Positions 9,778-57,915 of a stretch of 64,000 nucleotides of DNA are shown piece after piece. The notes under the pieces were generated by a model. The model made no database searches and was not told the DNA's origin. It worked only from the letters and a program-made list of their open reading frames with translations. This stretch comes from Podarcis vaucheri. Its lineage: Eukaryota. The stretch lies in NCBI GenBank assembly GCA_965113315.1, contig OZ220372.1; one strand, 5' to 3'. The translations under genes and the position numbers were made by a program. Each line of letters begins with the position of its first letter. The stretch's first letter is position 1.

Positions 9778-12044
9778 CACCACTATGCATTATTTTTAAC
9801 TTACCGGTATATGTAATGAAATGGGACAATAGCACCCTCTGTTTCAGTATTTCTAAATTATAATTTCTGAGAGATCCAACAGAATTTGAAAATGTACTGA
9901 CAAAAGGAACAAAAGCAACAACTTCTAAGTAAAGATGTAAGATATGTATGAATATAGATACAAATTATGTGTATCAAAGTAACAGCAAAAATGAGACAAA
10001 ATATTCTGAACGAATACGGCAACCAGTGCCACAGCAGACATTATGCACGTTTAAAAGAAAGTTTCCTTAAACTGTTATTTAAACACCTGCGTACTTTAGT
10101 CACACGATATAATTTTGCAGTTAATCTTTGTTACTACAACTTCTGTTACTACGTTTTTTTAGTTGTGTACCAAAATAGAGATATTTGGAAATTAAACTAA
10201 ATTGGTAACAGGGTACAAATCTGCAAAATATCCCTTAATAAACATATTTGGATATGTCAAAGATATAGTAGGATTAGTGGATGCAGAGCAAGTCAATATA
10301 CTTGCAATAAATATACATTTAATCATCTGTTACAATTAGAAGAAATAATTTATTCTCAAGGTGGGTAAGTAAGTAGATTATAAGAATTTGGAAACTGGTC
10401 CACAGGGTAAAGTTAACATTGGAAGGGTACTTGAAGGTAAACAGACTGCTTCATTTTTACTAGTGTAAATACTAATCAGATATTCATCCATACAGGCTAT
10501 TGGAAACAAGTTAGTGATTTATAGAATAATTCGTTTGCTCAGCAGTTTTTATGGTTCCTTTTACGTTCCTTTTGTTGTTGTTGTAAAAACTAATTATGCA
10601 TACTTGAAAACTTTTTTTATACTTGTATGTTATACCAATAAAAAACCCCACTAATTTGAATAAAGATGTAAGGTTTATGTTATTTAAAATCTAGGTTTAA
10701 AAATAAAGTTCTCCTGAATTAATATCCATGTTTTCCCCCTTCAACATGCTCCCACATTTCTGAGAGATGAAAATTTTCAAGGGTAATACTACAGTATTTT
10801 GTTTCCTTTGGATGAGAATGCGCTAGAGACTTGGGGCAATGTTATTGTTTGTTTTATTTACTAATCTACAGGACGAGCATATCAGAAACACACAACAAGT
10901 AGCTAATCTTCTAGCCCTACGAAAGGTTTTCAGAGCATGCCCTTGCATTCAAAATCGCTTCACTTTTAGCCAGTTTATAGCTCCTTTCTCCCCAAATGTA
11001 AAATTGCAGCAACTTGTTTCAAAGTTTTTTTCCTATCTCTTCTCCAACCAGGTTGGTGAGTATTTGCATTATGTCATTTGGGTTGTATTCATGGAACATC
11101 ATTTGCCATCAGACAAAGGATAAGATCCCCATATCCATAATACAGCTATGTCCATATATGAAATACAGGACAAGGAAGAACTGCACTTAAACCAAATGAT
11201 AAATGACCTGGGAAAGAAAATAAAGAGAATCTTTAACAAGAGGAAGAGTAGAATGTAAGCATAAAACTGCCAGTGTCTTCTCTAAAGTGTGCTGCAATAG
11301 AGAGAGCAGTTTCAAAATGCTTCAGAAAGTGATCAAGGGGGTTGAGCAACAGCCCCATGAGGAACGATTACAACATTTGGAAATTGCTCTCTAAAACTTA
11401 GTAGAAGTGCCAATTATCCAAATAAGTTGGATTGCGCCATATGAACGGGGCCACAATTGTTAGTATTGTTAATACCTGCCTTCTTCAAGATTCTTTCTCT
11501 TTCTCTCACATCGTGATTTCTGTTTCTGCGCCCTTCCCTTGCCACCCTCAATTCCAAGGCAAATATTCAACATTTCCCCATCCCCCCATCTTCAATAATC
11601 CCAAACACATGCACATAACAGAGTGCATCCTGTCCTGCTATATACACACATCCCAACAGATCCCAAACTTGTCAGAGAGTAGCTCCTAAGTACGTGCTAC
11701 CGATTTGGTTCAGAGGAGATTAATAGTAGAAACCGCCAACATGGTGCCCCCTCCGGAAGTTGTGAGCTACACCACCAGTCACTCCCAAGCATTGGTCATG
11801 CAGGCCGGGACTGATGGGAATTGTAATTCACAACATCTGGAAGGCACCATGTTGGCCACCGTTTCTGTAGCACAAATGTAGGCAATGTCTAGGAAACCTA
11901 AGGCCAGGTGCCAATATTTCCCAGTGTCTAGGGACAGAGATGCACATCCATGAATTTGGCAGCTGGTGTTGACTGAACCTGACTTTGACAGGGCAAAAAA
12001 CACTGAGGATGATTGCTTTTAAACTCATGGAAGTTAGGTTTAGT

Positions 12045-12302
12045 TAGTGCAGTGTAATGGTTAAGGTGTTGGACTATGACCCGGGAAACCAAGGTTTGAA
12101 TCCCCACTGGGTGACCTTGGGCCAGTCACTGCCTACGCCAACAGGTGCAGGTAACTCACTGGAACTCGCTGATCCCCAATTATAATGGGGATTGCAATTG
12201 TTCCCCATGAACAAGGAATTCCCAGGAATTGTGGGTCATAAGCTCACATTAAGTCCCTGCCCTGCCAGGATTGAAATGGGGAGGTGGAGCATGTAACACC
12301 TT
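12045..12302 (+). mobile_element. Degenerate tRNA-derived SINE interrupted by an 18S rRNA fragment
   Basis: A-box-like GTGTAATGGTTAAG, B-box-like GGTTTGAATCCC, core GGGTGACCTTGGGCCAGTCAC; SINE-like sequence resumes at AGGATTGAAATGGGGAGG. Confidence 0.7.
12131..12263 (+). pseudogene. Diverged fragment of 18S rRNA (3' region)
   Basis: GGGGATTGCAATTGTTCCCCATGAACAAGGAATTCCCAG...GGGTCATAAGCT...ATTAAGTCCCTGCCCT matches the recalled vertebrate 18S segment just before TTGTACACACCGCCC. Confidence 0.85.
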
Positions 12303-14738
12303 ACACAGTTGGTGGTATGAACTACTCTTGGCCACTGATCAAAGAGGAGTAAATCACCCACACTCTCAGAATGTTTCCAGTTTTGCTTAAAATCTGTTAC
12401 CTGTCTAGCCTACAAATGTTTAAAATTAGCTGACAAGTCCAAACATCGACCCTCCAGGTTCAAGCATCTGTAAAGTTACTAGATGTTGCTGGTGAGCAGC
12501 TACACCACCTAAGTGTATTGTGTCCAATTCATGGCTGTGCAAGACCAATTTATAGGTGACTATCATACACATAACCTGGAGCATCAAAGTAAACCACTGA
12601 TGCTTTTTTTGTAATTAGCAGAACGATTCTGCAAAACAAGAATATGCCTAAGATGTGAAATTATTCTAAGAGCTGGAGAAGAATGGTTATTAGCAAAGCC
12701 ATATAAAAATAAACATGGTTTTCACCTGAACAGAAATATGAACGCACCTGCCCACACTTAGCTGGAATCTTCTTATAAAGACAAGATTAATGATGGCCAA
12801 GTATGGTGGTTTGATGAAATATATGAAATTCCAAGGCAAATAATTAAGAGTTCTGGGTAACAAAAGTACACAAAACAGAAGTGGCATGTTTCAAGAGGGA
12901 CTATTAAAGGGAAAGCATAATATCTTACTAAAAATAATAAATAAGGCAATGGCTATGCTAAGTGAAAATAACATTCATTGATCAAATTCATTTGGACCCT
13001 AAATTTAACACAAACAATTTTAACATAGGATTCACAGTAAATACAAGTGGGTCCAGCAAGGAAGTCTTCTAGTGTAGAATTTTACTTTTTAAAGGTTCCA
13101 ACCACACAGGCCCCTTTCCAAGATACTCCATTCCACCACCACCCCTCCAATAGCCAGCATTCTGTGGCCACAGCATGCTCAGACCTCATTAGGGATGGAC
13201 GAATCTGCCAATTTAGGTTTCTCTCAGTTTCTCATTTCCCCCCATCTCAGATTCAGTTCTCCACATTTCCACAGCCATTTCTGAATTTTCTTTTTTAAAA
13301 AAATCTTCACAAAAATTCAATAATTCAGAACACATTTCTGCAACAATTTCACCTTGTAAATGCTGTACGTTGCTTTCGCTAAAGTCTGCATGATACACAC
13401 ATTATTTGGCTGTAGAACTACATTGTAAAAATCAGAGAAATGCAAATTTCAAAGGACGGCTTCACAACCTAGTGCGGAAAGTACAAATTAGGTAGTTTCT
13501 CATTAAAATGCAAACAAAATTGAATTTCTAACCCTAACCCTCACTGCACTGTTTGGGTTTTGTTTTGCTTTTTTGGGGTCTCCTCGGGGTTTCTCAAGTA
13601 TTTTGCTTCCCCCGCCACCTTGTTTATAGCCCCTCTTCCGCATGAATTATCTGCAAAAACGATTCACACTCTGAGAATGAGTTTGCTATTGGTAGATAAA
13701 ATGGCTTACATTATAAAGTGTCCTACGCTTCCTGCAAGGATCACTTCTGCTAACGGACGAATATAAGATACAACCAATTTCCACCCAATCCTTCTCAGTG
13801 ACAGCCCCCCTCAATGAACCATTACAAGAGGGTTTCCTGGTCCTTAGGAGAAGCAGTGTGAAAGCATGAGATGCCTCATGGGAAGGAAGCAGAAATGCCC
13901 CAGTGAATGAAATTCTTTGGAACCAAGGCAATAGTTACAAATTTATATACCATAAGTGGGGTCGACGCTTACTGCTGTTTTAGACATAGTTTAGGTGTCT
14001 AAAGTTCAATGGGCATGTCTAATGAGTTTATCTCATACTGATGTTAAGGGAACTAAATCTGAGAGATTTTAGAATATGATGCCACGGGAGACAAGGATCA
14101 TTCCGTCAGCCGAGGCCTTAAAATCGTAGACTAACTGCAAACATTGATACAGTCAACGAATGTAAGATTACCTGCAAGACTGCCTGCCCCCATATACACC
14201 TGTAAGAAATTCTGTTTGGGGTGAACTATCGTATGACAATGACTCCAAAACAGGCATTTCCTTCTGTTGTTCCTGTACTAGGGATAGCTTCCCTCTGCCG
14301 TATGTGAAGCAACAACCAATATTGTGGGATATTGCCCACATGTGGCCCAGATATATAGGAAGAGGCACTAAGCCAAGGTTACAAGAGTTTAGAATCATAT
14401 CCTCCAACATTGCAGAAGGTTGGACTAGATGACCCCACCAGGTCCTTTCAACTCTACTGTTCTGTGATTCTCCAATAGTTTTATTTCAAAGTGTGAGTAA
14501 TTCACATGAACAGAATATGTCTGTAGCTGTGATGCTCTGCATTGTGGCCTGTAGTGTTTTATTTGCAAATTACTTAAGCTACTACAAAAAAGCAAGAATG
14601 TGGTTTCAGAGAAAATACACTGCTGATTTTGAGGCTGAATTTTTATTTTTAAAAATTCATGACAAATTAAGCAGCTTATGTGAGACTTTTACTGGATTAA
14701 TGATACTTGGATAAATTCTATCTGTTATGATCCTAAAT

Positions 14739-14872
14739 CAGACTTCCTCAACCTCAGCCCTTGATGTTTTTGGCCTACAACTCCCATGATCCCTAGCTAG
14801 CAGGACCAGTGGTCAGGGATGATGGGAACTGTAATTTCAAAACATCTGGAGGGCCAAGGTTGAGGAAGCCTG
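14739..14872. mobile_element. hAT-type MITE with 8-bp TSD TCCTAAAT
   Basis: TIRs CAGACTTCCTCAACCT / AGGTTGAGGAAGCCTG; TSD at 14731-14738 and 14873-14880; palindromic interior. Decayed relatives at about 3500-3625, 11725-11865, 45021-45165 and 49237-49372. Confidence 0.88.
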
Positions 14873-16699
14873 TCCTAAATCAAAGACTAGTTGTCTATGA
14901 AAAGTGCTAGAATTTCTAAACACTGCAAAAAAAGAACAAGAGGAAAAATGATCACCTTATGGAGAAAACACAAATGAGGTCAATGCAGAGACAACTGAGT
15001 GAAAGTTGTCATGAGTTTTACCCTTTTCTATTGGAACTACCTTATAGTCTTAAAGTACACAATTAGTTTTCCTCTTTATTCACAAAGAAAAGCAATTCAG
15101 CTGCAGAAAAGAATTCTGCTGAAAAACCAAGGGACAGTGATCTAAATTAGTCATTACTGGAGCCCACAGGTGTCATATCACTATAAGTTCATTTTGCATG
15201 ACATATTTACAATAGTTAAACTACTCGGCTGGAGAAATCCAACTTCTTGTCTGCTGAGCAAATGGATATTGTAACCATATCCACGTAGCTCACCTGTGCT
15301 GGAGGAGTCTTCTAATTTCTATTCCAATTATGGTGCAGCAGAAGAATTCTTGTATGGGGACATACCTGGAAAAATGAGCTGCCTATGTTCTAAGTTCCTA
15401 GAATGTCAATTTGACCCTTTCAGCATGAGACATGTGCAACAACTTTCATCAAGTTCAATTAGTTCTGGTGCTAAACCTGAATCGGAGGCTTCACCAGATT
15501 TTCTGGGTCTAACATTATGTGGATTGAGTTCTCCAACCAACTCACAAAAGAATAAAATATTTACATAAAATTTGAATACGCTGTGCGTGAGATGCAAATT
15601 TGTGTCTTGTTTTGTGAGAGGAGTGGAGAGCCCAAACATAAATCTGTGGTAACTTCTGTGCTAAAATGTTTGACGGAATGTGAACAGGTGAAACTTTCCT
15701 CACAATTCTATTTCCATACTAGTAAATGCTTAACCTGTTGAATTATGGCCTGCCAAACAGCTGTTAAAAGCATAATAATTTACCTCTGATGCCAACCATA
15801 AACCAAAGCCTAGGCTGCAATCCTGTACCTGAAAATCCTTTACCTGAAAATAAGCCCATGAAACACAGAGACGTACTTATGTGAATATATGTGTACTGTA
15901 CCATTGTACTGTAGGATCAACTATGCAGTGAATTCTGGGCTGCTTTGGGAGAAGTGTAATGAAATAAATGAGTGAGTGTGTGAGTGCCTGGTGGTTTAGC
16001 TAAGTAGGAGATAGGCCCAAGCAACTTTGCAAAGTTTTCACATTTTGCACTTTCCGTAGGGTGAGTAGAGATTATTTAACAGCCACAGTAGTATTTGCAG
16101 AAAATCGCTTATTTTGAGTACCTGATGTCTCACGAACTCACCCCAGCAAAACTGCATCCTGGTTGAAAGGGGGGGAAGGAATGGCTAACTACACAGATTC
16201 AGAGGACTATGAGTATGAGACAGAAGCAGGAAAAATGCAGTAAAGGAGAGGAAAAACAGCAGCTCTTTAGGACTCTAGGAATCCTCCTATTGCCTATCCA
16301 AACAACTCGCTTGTTAGTCATAGCTCTGTCTTCACTCATAAGCTAAAACACTGAAAGGCAGCAGCAGCCAGGCTGGTTCATCTCACAGAAATCACTAAGT
16401 ACTTACTTACTTTGTAAACTTTCTTTGTAGAAGAGCTAGAGACTTGATAAAAAAGAAAGTTGTACACCAGTAACCTCTTTGCCTGTCTTGTGGTGGGCCT
16501 GAATGTGGCTCCATTATTTAGTCAGCATTCATAAGTCATTAAAAAACTTCTGCAAACAGAAATTCTGTACAAGTTTCCATATTATAAAAATAACACAGTA
16601 CACATCACACACAACTCTTAAGAAATAGATGCAAAGCTGGTTGCTTATTTAGAATAAAGTTATATATTTCAAATAAAATAAATACTTTCAAAAATTTCA

Positions 16700-19600
16700 G
16701 TCCCCATCCAGAGACAGATAAACAGCACATTTATTTATTTAAGTTACATTGAGCAAGCTAAAAAAAGCCTTACAACCAGAGAAAGCAATGTGGGGCTCAG
16801 CAGTTGAAAAGCGGCAACGATAGTTTGATAACTAACATGTTATGGTATGTTGCTTTCACAGTAGTAACGTTATTGAACAAGTAGTCCCAATTTCAGATTA
16901 CACTTACACTTGCTATAAGACTCAATGTACTGTTGGTCAACAGGATCAAAATGGTTAATTTGTACACAAAGTCTACATTTCCTCAAAAAAAGGTCTGAAA
17001 TGTATAATTCACAGTAGATTTTTGGACAGTAGAGTGCAATCATGACTACCATTCAGACAGAAAAAACCCCAGGATTGTGTTCAAATAGCAAGATAAAAAT
17101 GTAACAAGTACTATTACATTGAATCTCAACAGTTAAATTTCACCTATCTATATCTGTTGTAGGAACACTCTCCTCCTGGTTACAAGATTGTCCCCTTCCC
17201 AAACTGTATTTCCTCTCCACTTATAAGAAGGAACCTCTGGAATAGCTGTTACATAAAAGTACAAATGCAGTATGACTATATAGTGAATTTTCCAGAAGGG
17301 ACTAGGAGAATCCATTCATGAAATTTGAATGAGTGGTTGACAGTGGGATACAATGTGCAAAACCTTAAGGATGGCTATATATGCCCACTGAAGAGAGTTG
17401 GTTTGATACCAAAATCCTAAATATTTTACTTGAACCTTTGTACATCATTTCATTGAAAAACTGAAACAATATGCATTTGATTCAGGCATTACCTCCCCAG
17501 TATGATGTCAACTCAAGCACTCTTAAGTGTAGCCATTTCATTCTCGAGTTGTTTAATTCTGCACACTACATATATGGTGCATTCTCTTCTCTTTACCTTG
17601 TTAGGTTAGCTTCCCCAGAACTACTCTCCTCCAACTAGGTCAAAGCACCACCTACCATCAGAGCTGATGCATGCCAGGTTCCCTTATGAGAAAGGCACAG
17701 CTCTTACAAAAGGATTTAAAAACAGATCGCTTTGAAGAGTGAAACCTGGGCGCCTTCAGCCATGACTCAGAACATACAAAGAGCTACTGTCAAGGGCCCT
17801 GTTTCACTTTCCCACTCAGCAGTACTTTCATCAAACTACTTATCTGAGTTATTTATTCTTCTCCTCTTTGTTTGGCTTCACTGGCAAAAGAAAAAAAAAA
17901 GGTATCCAAGACGTGCAGGAGGAGAAAATGCTTTAGATGCAGAAAAGAAATCCCAAAAGGAGGAGCAGATTGTTACAAAACATTGCTTTTAGAAAAATCC
18001 AGCTTTCAGAGGCTCAAGTGTATGTTTTCCAGCTTCTTGCTACCTGTACTATTTTTGGCCCCCCAAAAAACTGCTTTATAAGGATAGTCAATACTTGCCA
18101 TCTGACTTTATTTCCAAGAATTCTGGTTTTCTTTTTTAAGTAGTCATGGGTAACCTTATAGGAGAACACATTTTGCTGCCAATATTTAGACCTTTAAGCC
18201 TTGAGAAGATATCCAGCCTGATTCACAAATCTCATTTGTTGCACCAATGAGAACAGTGAGTGATATTCAGCACTGCACCAGTGAACATGAGACAGGGCTT
18301 CCCCTTCCCTTGTAGCCACCTCCCATGCCCCCTCAAGCTGCTCCACTGGGACCCCTAATCCTATGGGGCAGATTCTGGGGGCATGCAGGGGGAGGAGAGA
18401 ATGGTGAAGTTTCAAGTCCTATCGCACAAGCAAGACTCACTTGCAAAAGCGGACTGACACTGTTGGATATCACCCAGTGTATTTTTTTTGAAAAACTTTC
18501 ATCAACTTCATTCTCAGCGAAGCCACCAAAATCTATTAAAAAAACAACAATTTGTAAAGATGCTGAATCCTGTAAAAAACATTGCCGCATATTTATTTTA
18601 ACAAAAGGGCCGATTTATTTATTTTTTTACAAATGAATTTCAAAACAAAAAGAAAACATTTATGCTACCTACTCATGACTTTCCAAATGCCAGCAGCCCT
18701 CATGCTGTAAAGATACTAAAGATCAGAAAAAATAAACAGCTTCACTCACAGTTCACCAAGACAGCACTAAGCTACTGTGTTTAGACAAAAACAAAAAGGA
18801 CTAAGGTTCTGATGTATTTTGATTTAATCCATTTTGCCTGAGATAACAAAAGTATTTCAAGCAACTTCCATCACATTGTCCTGCATTAAACAATCCTCTA
18901 CTAAATTCTGAACAGAAGTTATTCAGTAAGTTTCTCAATTTTTAAATTTTTACAGTTGCTTCAAAACCGTTAAGTAGTAAATGTTTAAGAAACTAATTAG
19001 GACAGAGGCCATAACTTCATCAGAACACCACTGCTCATGGTTTTTTTCCTGTTTTTTGTTTTTACAAAGCATTAGTGTTACCTATTTGGCTATTAGTAGT
19101 AGCAATTTTATCTACAATATTTAACAAGGTAAGTTGCAGGCAAAAATTTAGTAGTTTCAATAGAAACACCCTTTCCTGAAAATACAGCAGTATTTGATGG
19201 ACTAATATTTTNNNNNNNNNNNNNNNNNNNNNNNNNNNNNNNNNNNNNNNNNNNNNNNNNNNNNNNNNNNNNNNNNNNNNNNNNNNNNNNNNNNNNNNNN
19301 NNNNNNNNNNNNNNNNNNNNNNNNNNNNNNNNNNNNNNNNNNNNNNNNNNATCAATTCAGTGATCCAGAGCTCCCTTGCCCTTTCCTAGACCTCTCCTCA
19401 AAAAGGAACAAGAAACGAAAGCTCCGCTAAGACATTCTTAAGGGCCATTTTTAAGTACAGCTGATGATCCACAGGTCACTTAAACCAAGTTACTGTTTAT
19501 CTGTCAGAGTTCATTATTACTCCCACCCCCAAAAAAGCACCCTCAAGTCTGGCAGAAAGCTTTTTTTAAAAAAATAAATCTACATTCGTACAAGTATATC

Positions 19601-19714
19601 TTCTTGTTGAAGTCCAAGACAAGAATACCATCTTGCCCATCTCAGTGAGTGAGAAGACCCAGTTTCAATTTGTTTCTTTACAATGCAGCTAATGTATTAA
19701 CGTTCGGCTTACAA
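16700..19714 (-). other. Probable ATP2B1 3'UTR (about 3 kb); candidate AATAAA signals at about 18613 and 16730-16739
   Basis: AT-rich, largely repeat-free stretch after the stop codon with overlapping AATAAATAAA on the minus strand; the true end cannot be fixed without RNA data. Confidence 0.5.
19212..19350. other. N gap (139 nt) in the ATP2B1 3'UTR
   Basis: Run of N. Confidence 0.98.
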
Positions 19715-55344
<35,630 letters not shown>

Positions 55345-56286
55345 GATGTATATTGTTCAAGGAAGAAGTTATTTCCAAGGAGGAACAATTTTTTTTATTT
55401 GAAATATTTCCAAAAGGAAAATCCTTCAGATATGAAAACCATCAAAAGTGCAGATATAAACCACCAAAAAAGATGAGAGCCATTAGATACCCTTTCCAGG
55501 AGTGTTATCTTGAGTGCAATCCCATTGTTGGTTCCTTCATTCCAATCCAAATGAAAGGGGAATACAATCTGCAAAAGAAAGAAGATCATAGCAACAAGAT
55601 TCAACATTGCTCACAGAAGCATCACAGCCTTTTATTGTCTGCTATGCATCTGGCTAAGCAGCACTATGACACCTCTGATACACAGTGCCTCTTCTCTACC
55701 TCTGATGTTCTGCCAAGGCCTACCCCATCATTTACCCATCCACTCCTTGTTCTCTTACCAAAACTTTGCCTCCTCGAGGCTTCAATACCAAACTAGCTTT
55801 CCAACCCACCTTCCTGCCCCCTACCAGTTGCCCATTTTCCTACACTTCCCTCTACCCTTTATTTTGACTACAGTCACCTAACTAATCCTCTGTCCTCCCA
55901 TTTCCTGGTTGCTATCTCCCTTACCATTATCATTCCTCTTGTCCACATACGTTCTCCCTTATAAAAACACTCCTTAGTCCATCTTCCCTCTCCACATCAC
56001 CCCAGTTCCCTTTTTCCTTTGCCTCCATAACTTCTAGAGTGTGCTTGCCTGTTTACTCTGAACTTTTTGACTTCCCTTCCAAGTCTACTCTTGACCCCCC
56101 CCCCCAAATCTGGTTTTCACTCTTTGCATGCCACTGAAACTGTTCTTTTGCTGTTTAAATCAAAATCTCCAGTCCTCATTTTTCTTTATCTCTCTTGCAT
56201 TTGATCAGTTGGTCACACTCTCTCTCTTTATTTCTTTAAGCCATAAGTCTCTGCTATGTTGCCCTTGCTGGTTCTCCTCTTACATA

Positions 56287-56602
56287 CAGTGGTGCCCCGC
56301 AAGACGAATGCCTCGCAAGACGGAAAACCCGCTAGACGAAAGGGTTTTCCGTTTTTGAGCTGCTTCGCAAGACGATTTTCCCTATGGGCTTGCTTTGCAA
56401 GATGAAAACGTCTTGCGAGTGTTCCGATTTTTCCCCACTCCCCCCCCTTTTCTAAGCCGCTAATAGTCTTTTAGCCGCTAAGCCTTTAATAGCCGCTAAA
56501 CCGCTAATAGTGCTAATCCGCTAAGCCGCTAATAGGGTTGCTTCGCAAGACGAAAAAACCGCTAGACGGAACGGATTAATTTCATCTTGCGAGGCACCAC
56601 TG
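56287..56602. mobile_element. Second copy of the same Tigger-like MITE family
   Basis: TA|CAGTGGTGCCCCGCAAGACGAA ... TCTTGCGAGGCACCACTG|TA; first about 130 nt nearly identical to the 29922 copy. Confidence 0.9.
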
Positions 56603-57056
56603 TACTGCTTTATTGCTTGCCCTGCCTCTCTTCCTGTTTCCACTGTGCCAAAATTGTAAATTGTAAATGCCTCTCGATCTGTCCTCTCAATCATCAGAAT
56701 GTACCAAGCATACCAATGGTGTTACTGTATATAAATAATAATTCAATGAGTTAACAAATGCAGCACTAAGGTGGTGAAATGAAATGCTCAAGTTTCTTAG
56801 TAGTAAGATAATTGAATAAAGGATGTTTTAAGACTCAAATTAATACACCCTTTAAAACTTTTAGTCTCACCATTCACCAACATGCAGTTTAATTTTCTTG
56901 GTATCAACTTGAATAACGTTACATTAAATTGAAAATATTAATTCAAGGTACTCAATGGGGACAACATGGAGATACTTTTACACTGATATTTTGCAGATCC
57001 AAAGCACACTCACTCAGCTGTACCCATATCCTGAGCTTCTGGCTATAAGCTATAAG

Positions 57057-57402
57057 TCAGGACTGAGCTTCCTTTATGACAGGGGTATGACGTAGTCCGC
57101 AGAGGTCGTTTGACCGGCCCACGAGCCACCCCAAATTGAGCTATCGGTGCAGAGTGGAGCAGGGACTCACTTCCGGGGTGCCGGAAATCGCGTCTGCGCA
57201 GACGCCGAAAATCACAGGGGTGCACGCTCATGCACACACACGATCCAACCCACGAAGGGATCTCCGCGGAACTGATCTGGCCCAGGCAAGATGAACCCTG
57301 CTGACCCACTGCTTTATGGACATGCTCTTTGTGAGCCGCTTTGAGACTCCATAGGGTAGTGATAAAGCGGGATATCAAATCAAACTCTTCTTCTTCTTCT
57401 TC
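57057..57402 (+). mobile_element. CpG-rich composite repeat (MITE-like part plus L2-type retroposon tail ending in (TTC)n)
   Basis: CpG-rich block in AT-rich intron; tail GTGAGCCGCTTTGAG...AAAGCGGGATATCAAAT then CTTCTTCTT. Confidence 0.5.
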
Positions 57403-57915
57403 TCTAGCTACCATAAGCCACCATGCTATGTAAATAACTAACTTACAGGCCACGTTAACCAAAGCAAGGCATTCTTCAAGCTATTTTACCTCTGAACAAC
57501 ATATCTGATATAATCAGTCTTAAAATTAACTCCAGAAACCTTCCTCCCAGCAGAAATGCAAAAGGATTCAAATGTTTTAACATTTTCAACTTGCCATATA
57601 CTAAGAAGAGACACCACTCACAACATCAATCTCTCGCAGCAATCAACAGATACCATCTTATCAAGAGTTCCATTGTGCATGATGCTGGAATCAGGTCCTC
57701 AGAGTCGCAACATCGACTCTTTGTGACTCCTTCCAAATATAATTCATCCAAGTGTCATTTCTATTGTCTTTTCAGCACCTGCTGAAGACTTTCCTTTTTC
57801 AACAAACCTTCTAAGTGGAGATTGTAATACCAGCTGGTATCTCTATTGGATTTGAAATTGATTTTGTAAAAGTAAATGCTGCTGCTGTTGTTTTTAAGTT
57901 GATTTGTATGTGCTT

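Noticed and set aside
5510-9799. Reading the two LINE halves as independent insertions, or ORF2 as an intact 693-aa gene
   Set aside because: One shared TSD and complementary non-overlapping domains; ORF2 lacks the catalytic YADD region, and its last codons come from flanking DNA
12131-12263. Functional rRNA gene
   Set aside because: Only about 130 nt, with indels and CpG decay; no rDNA unit context
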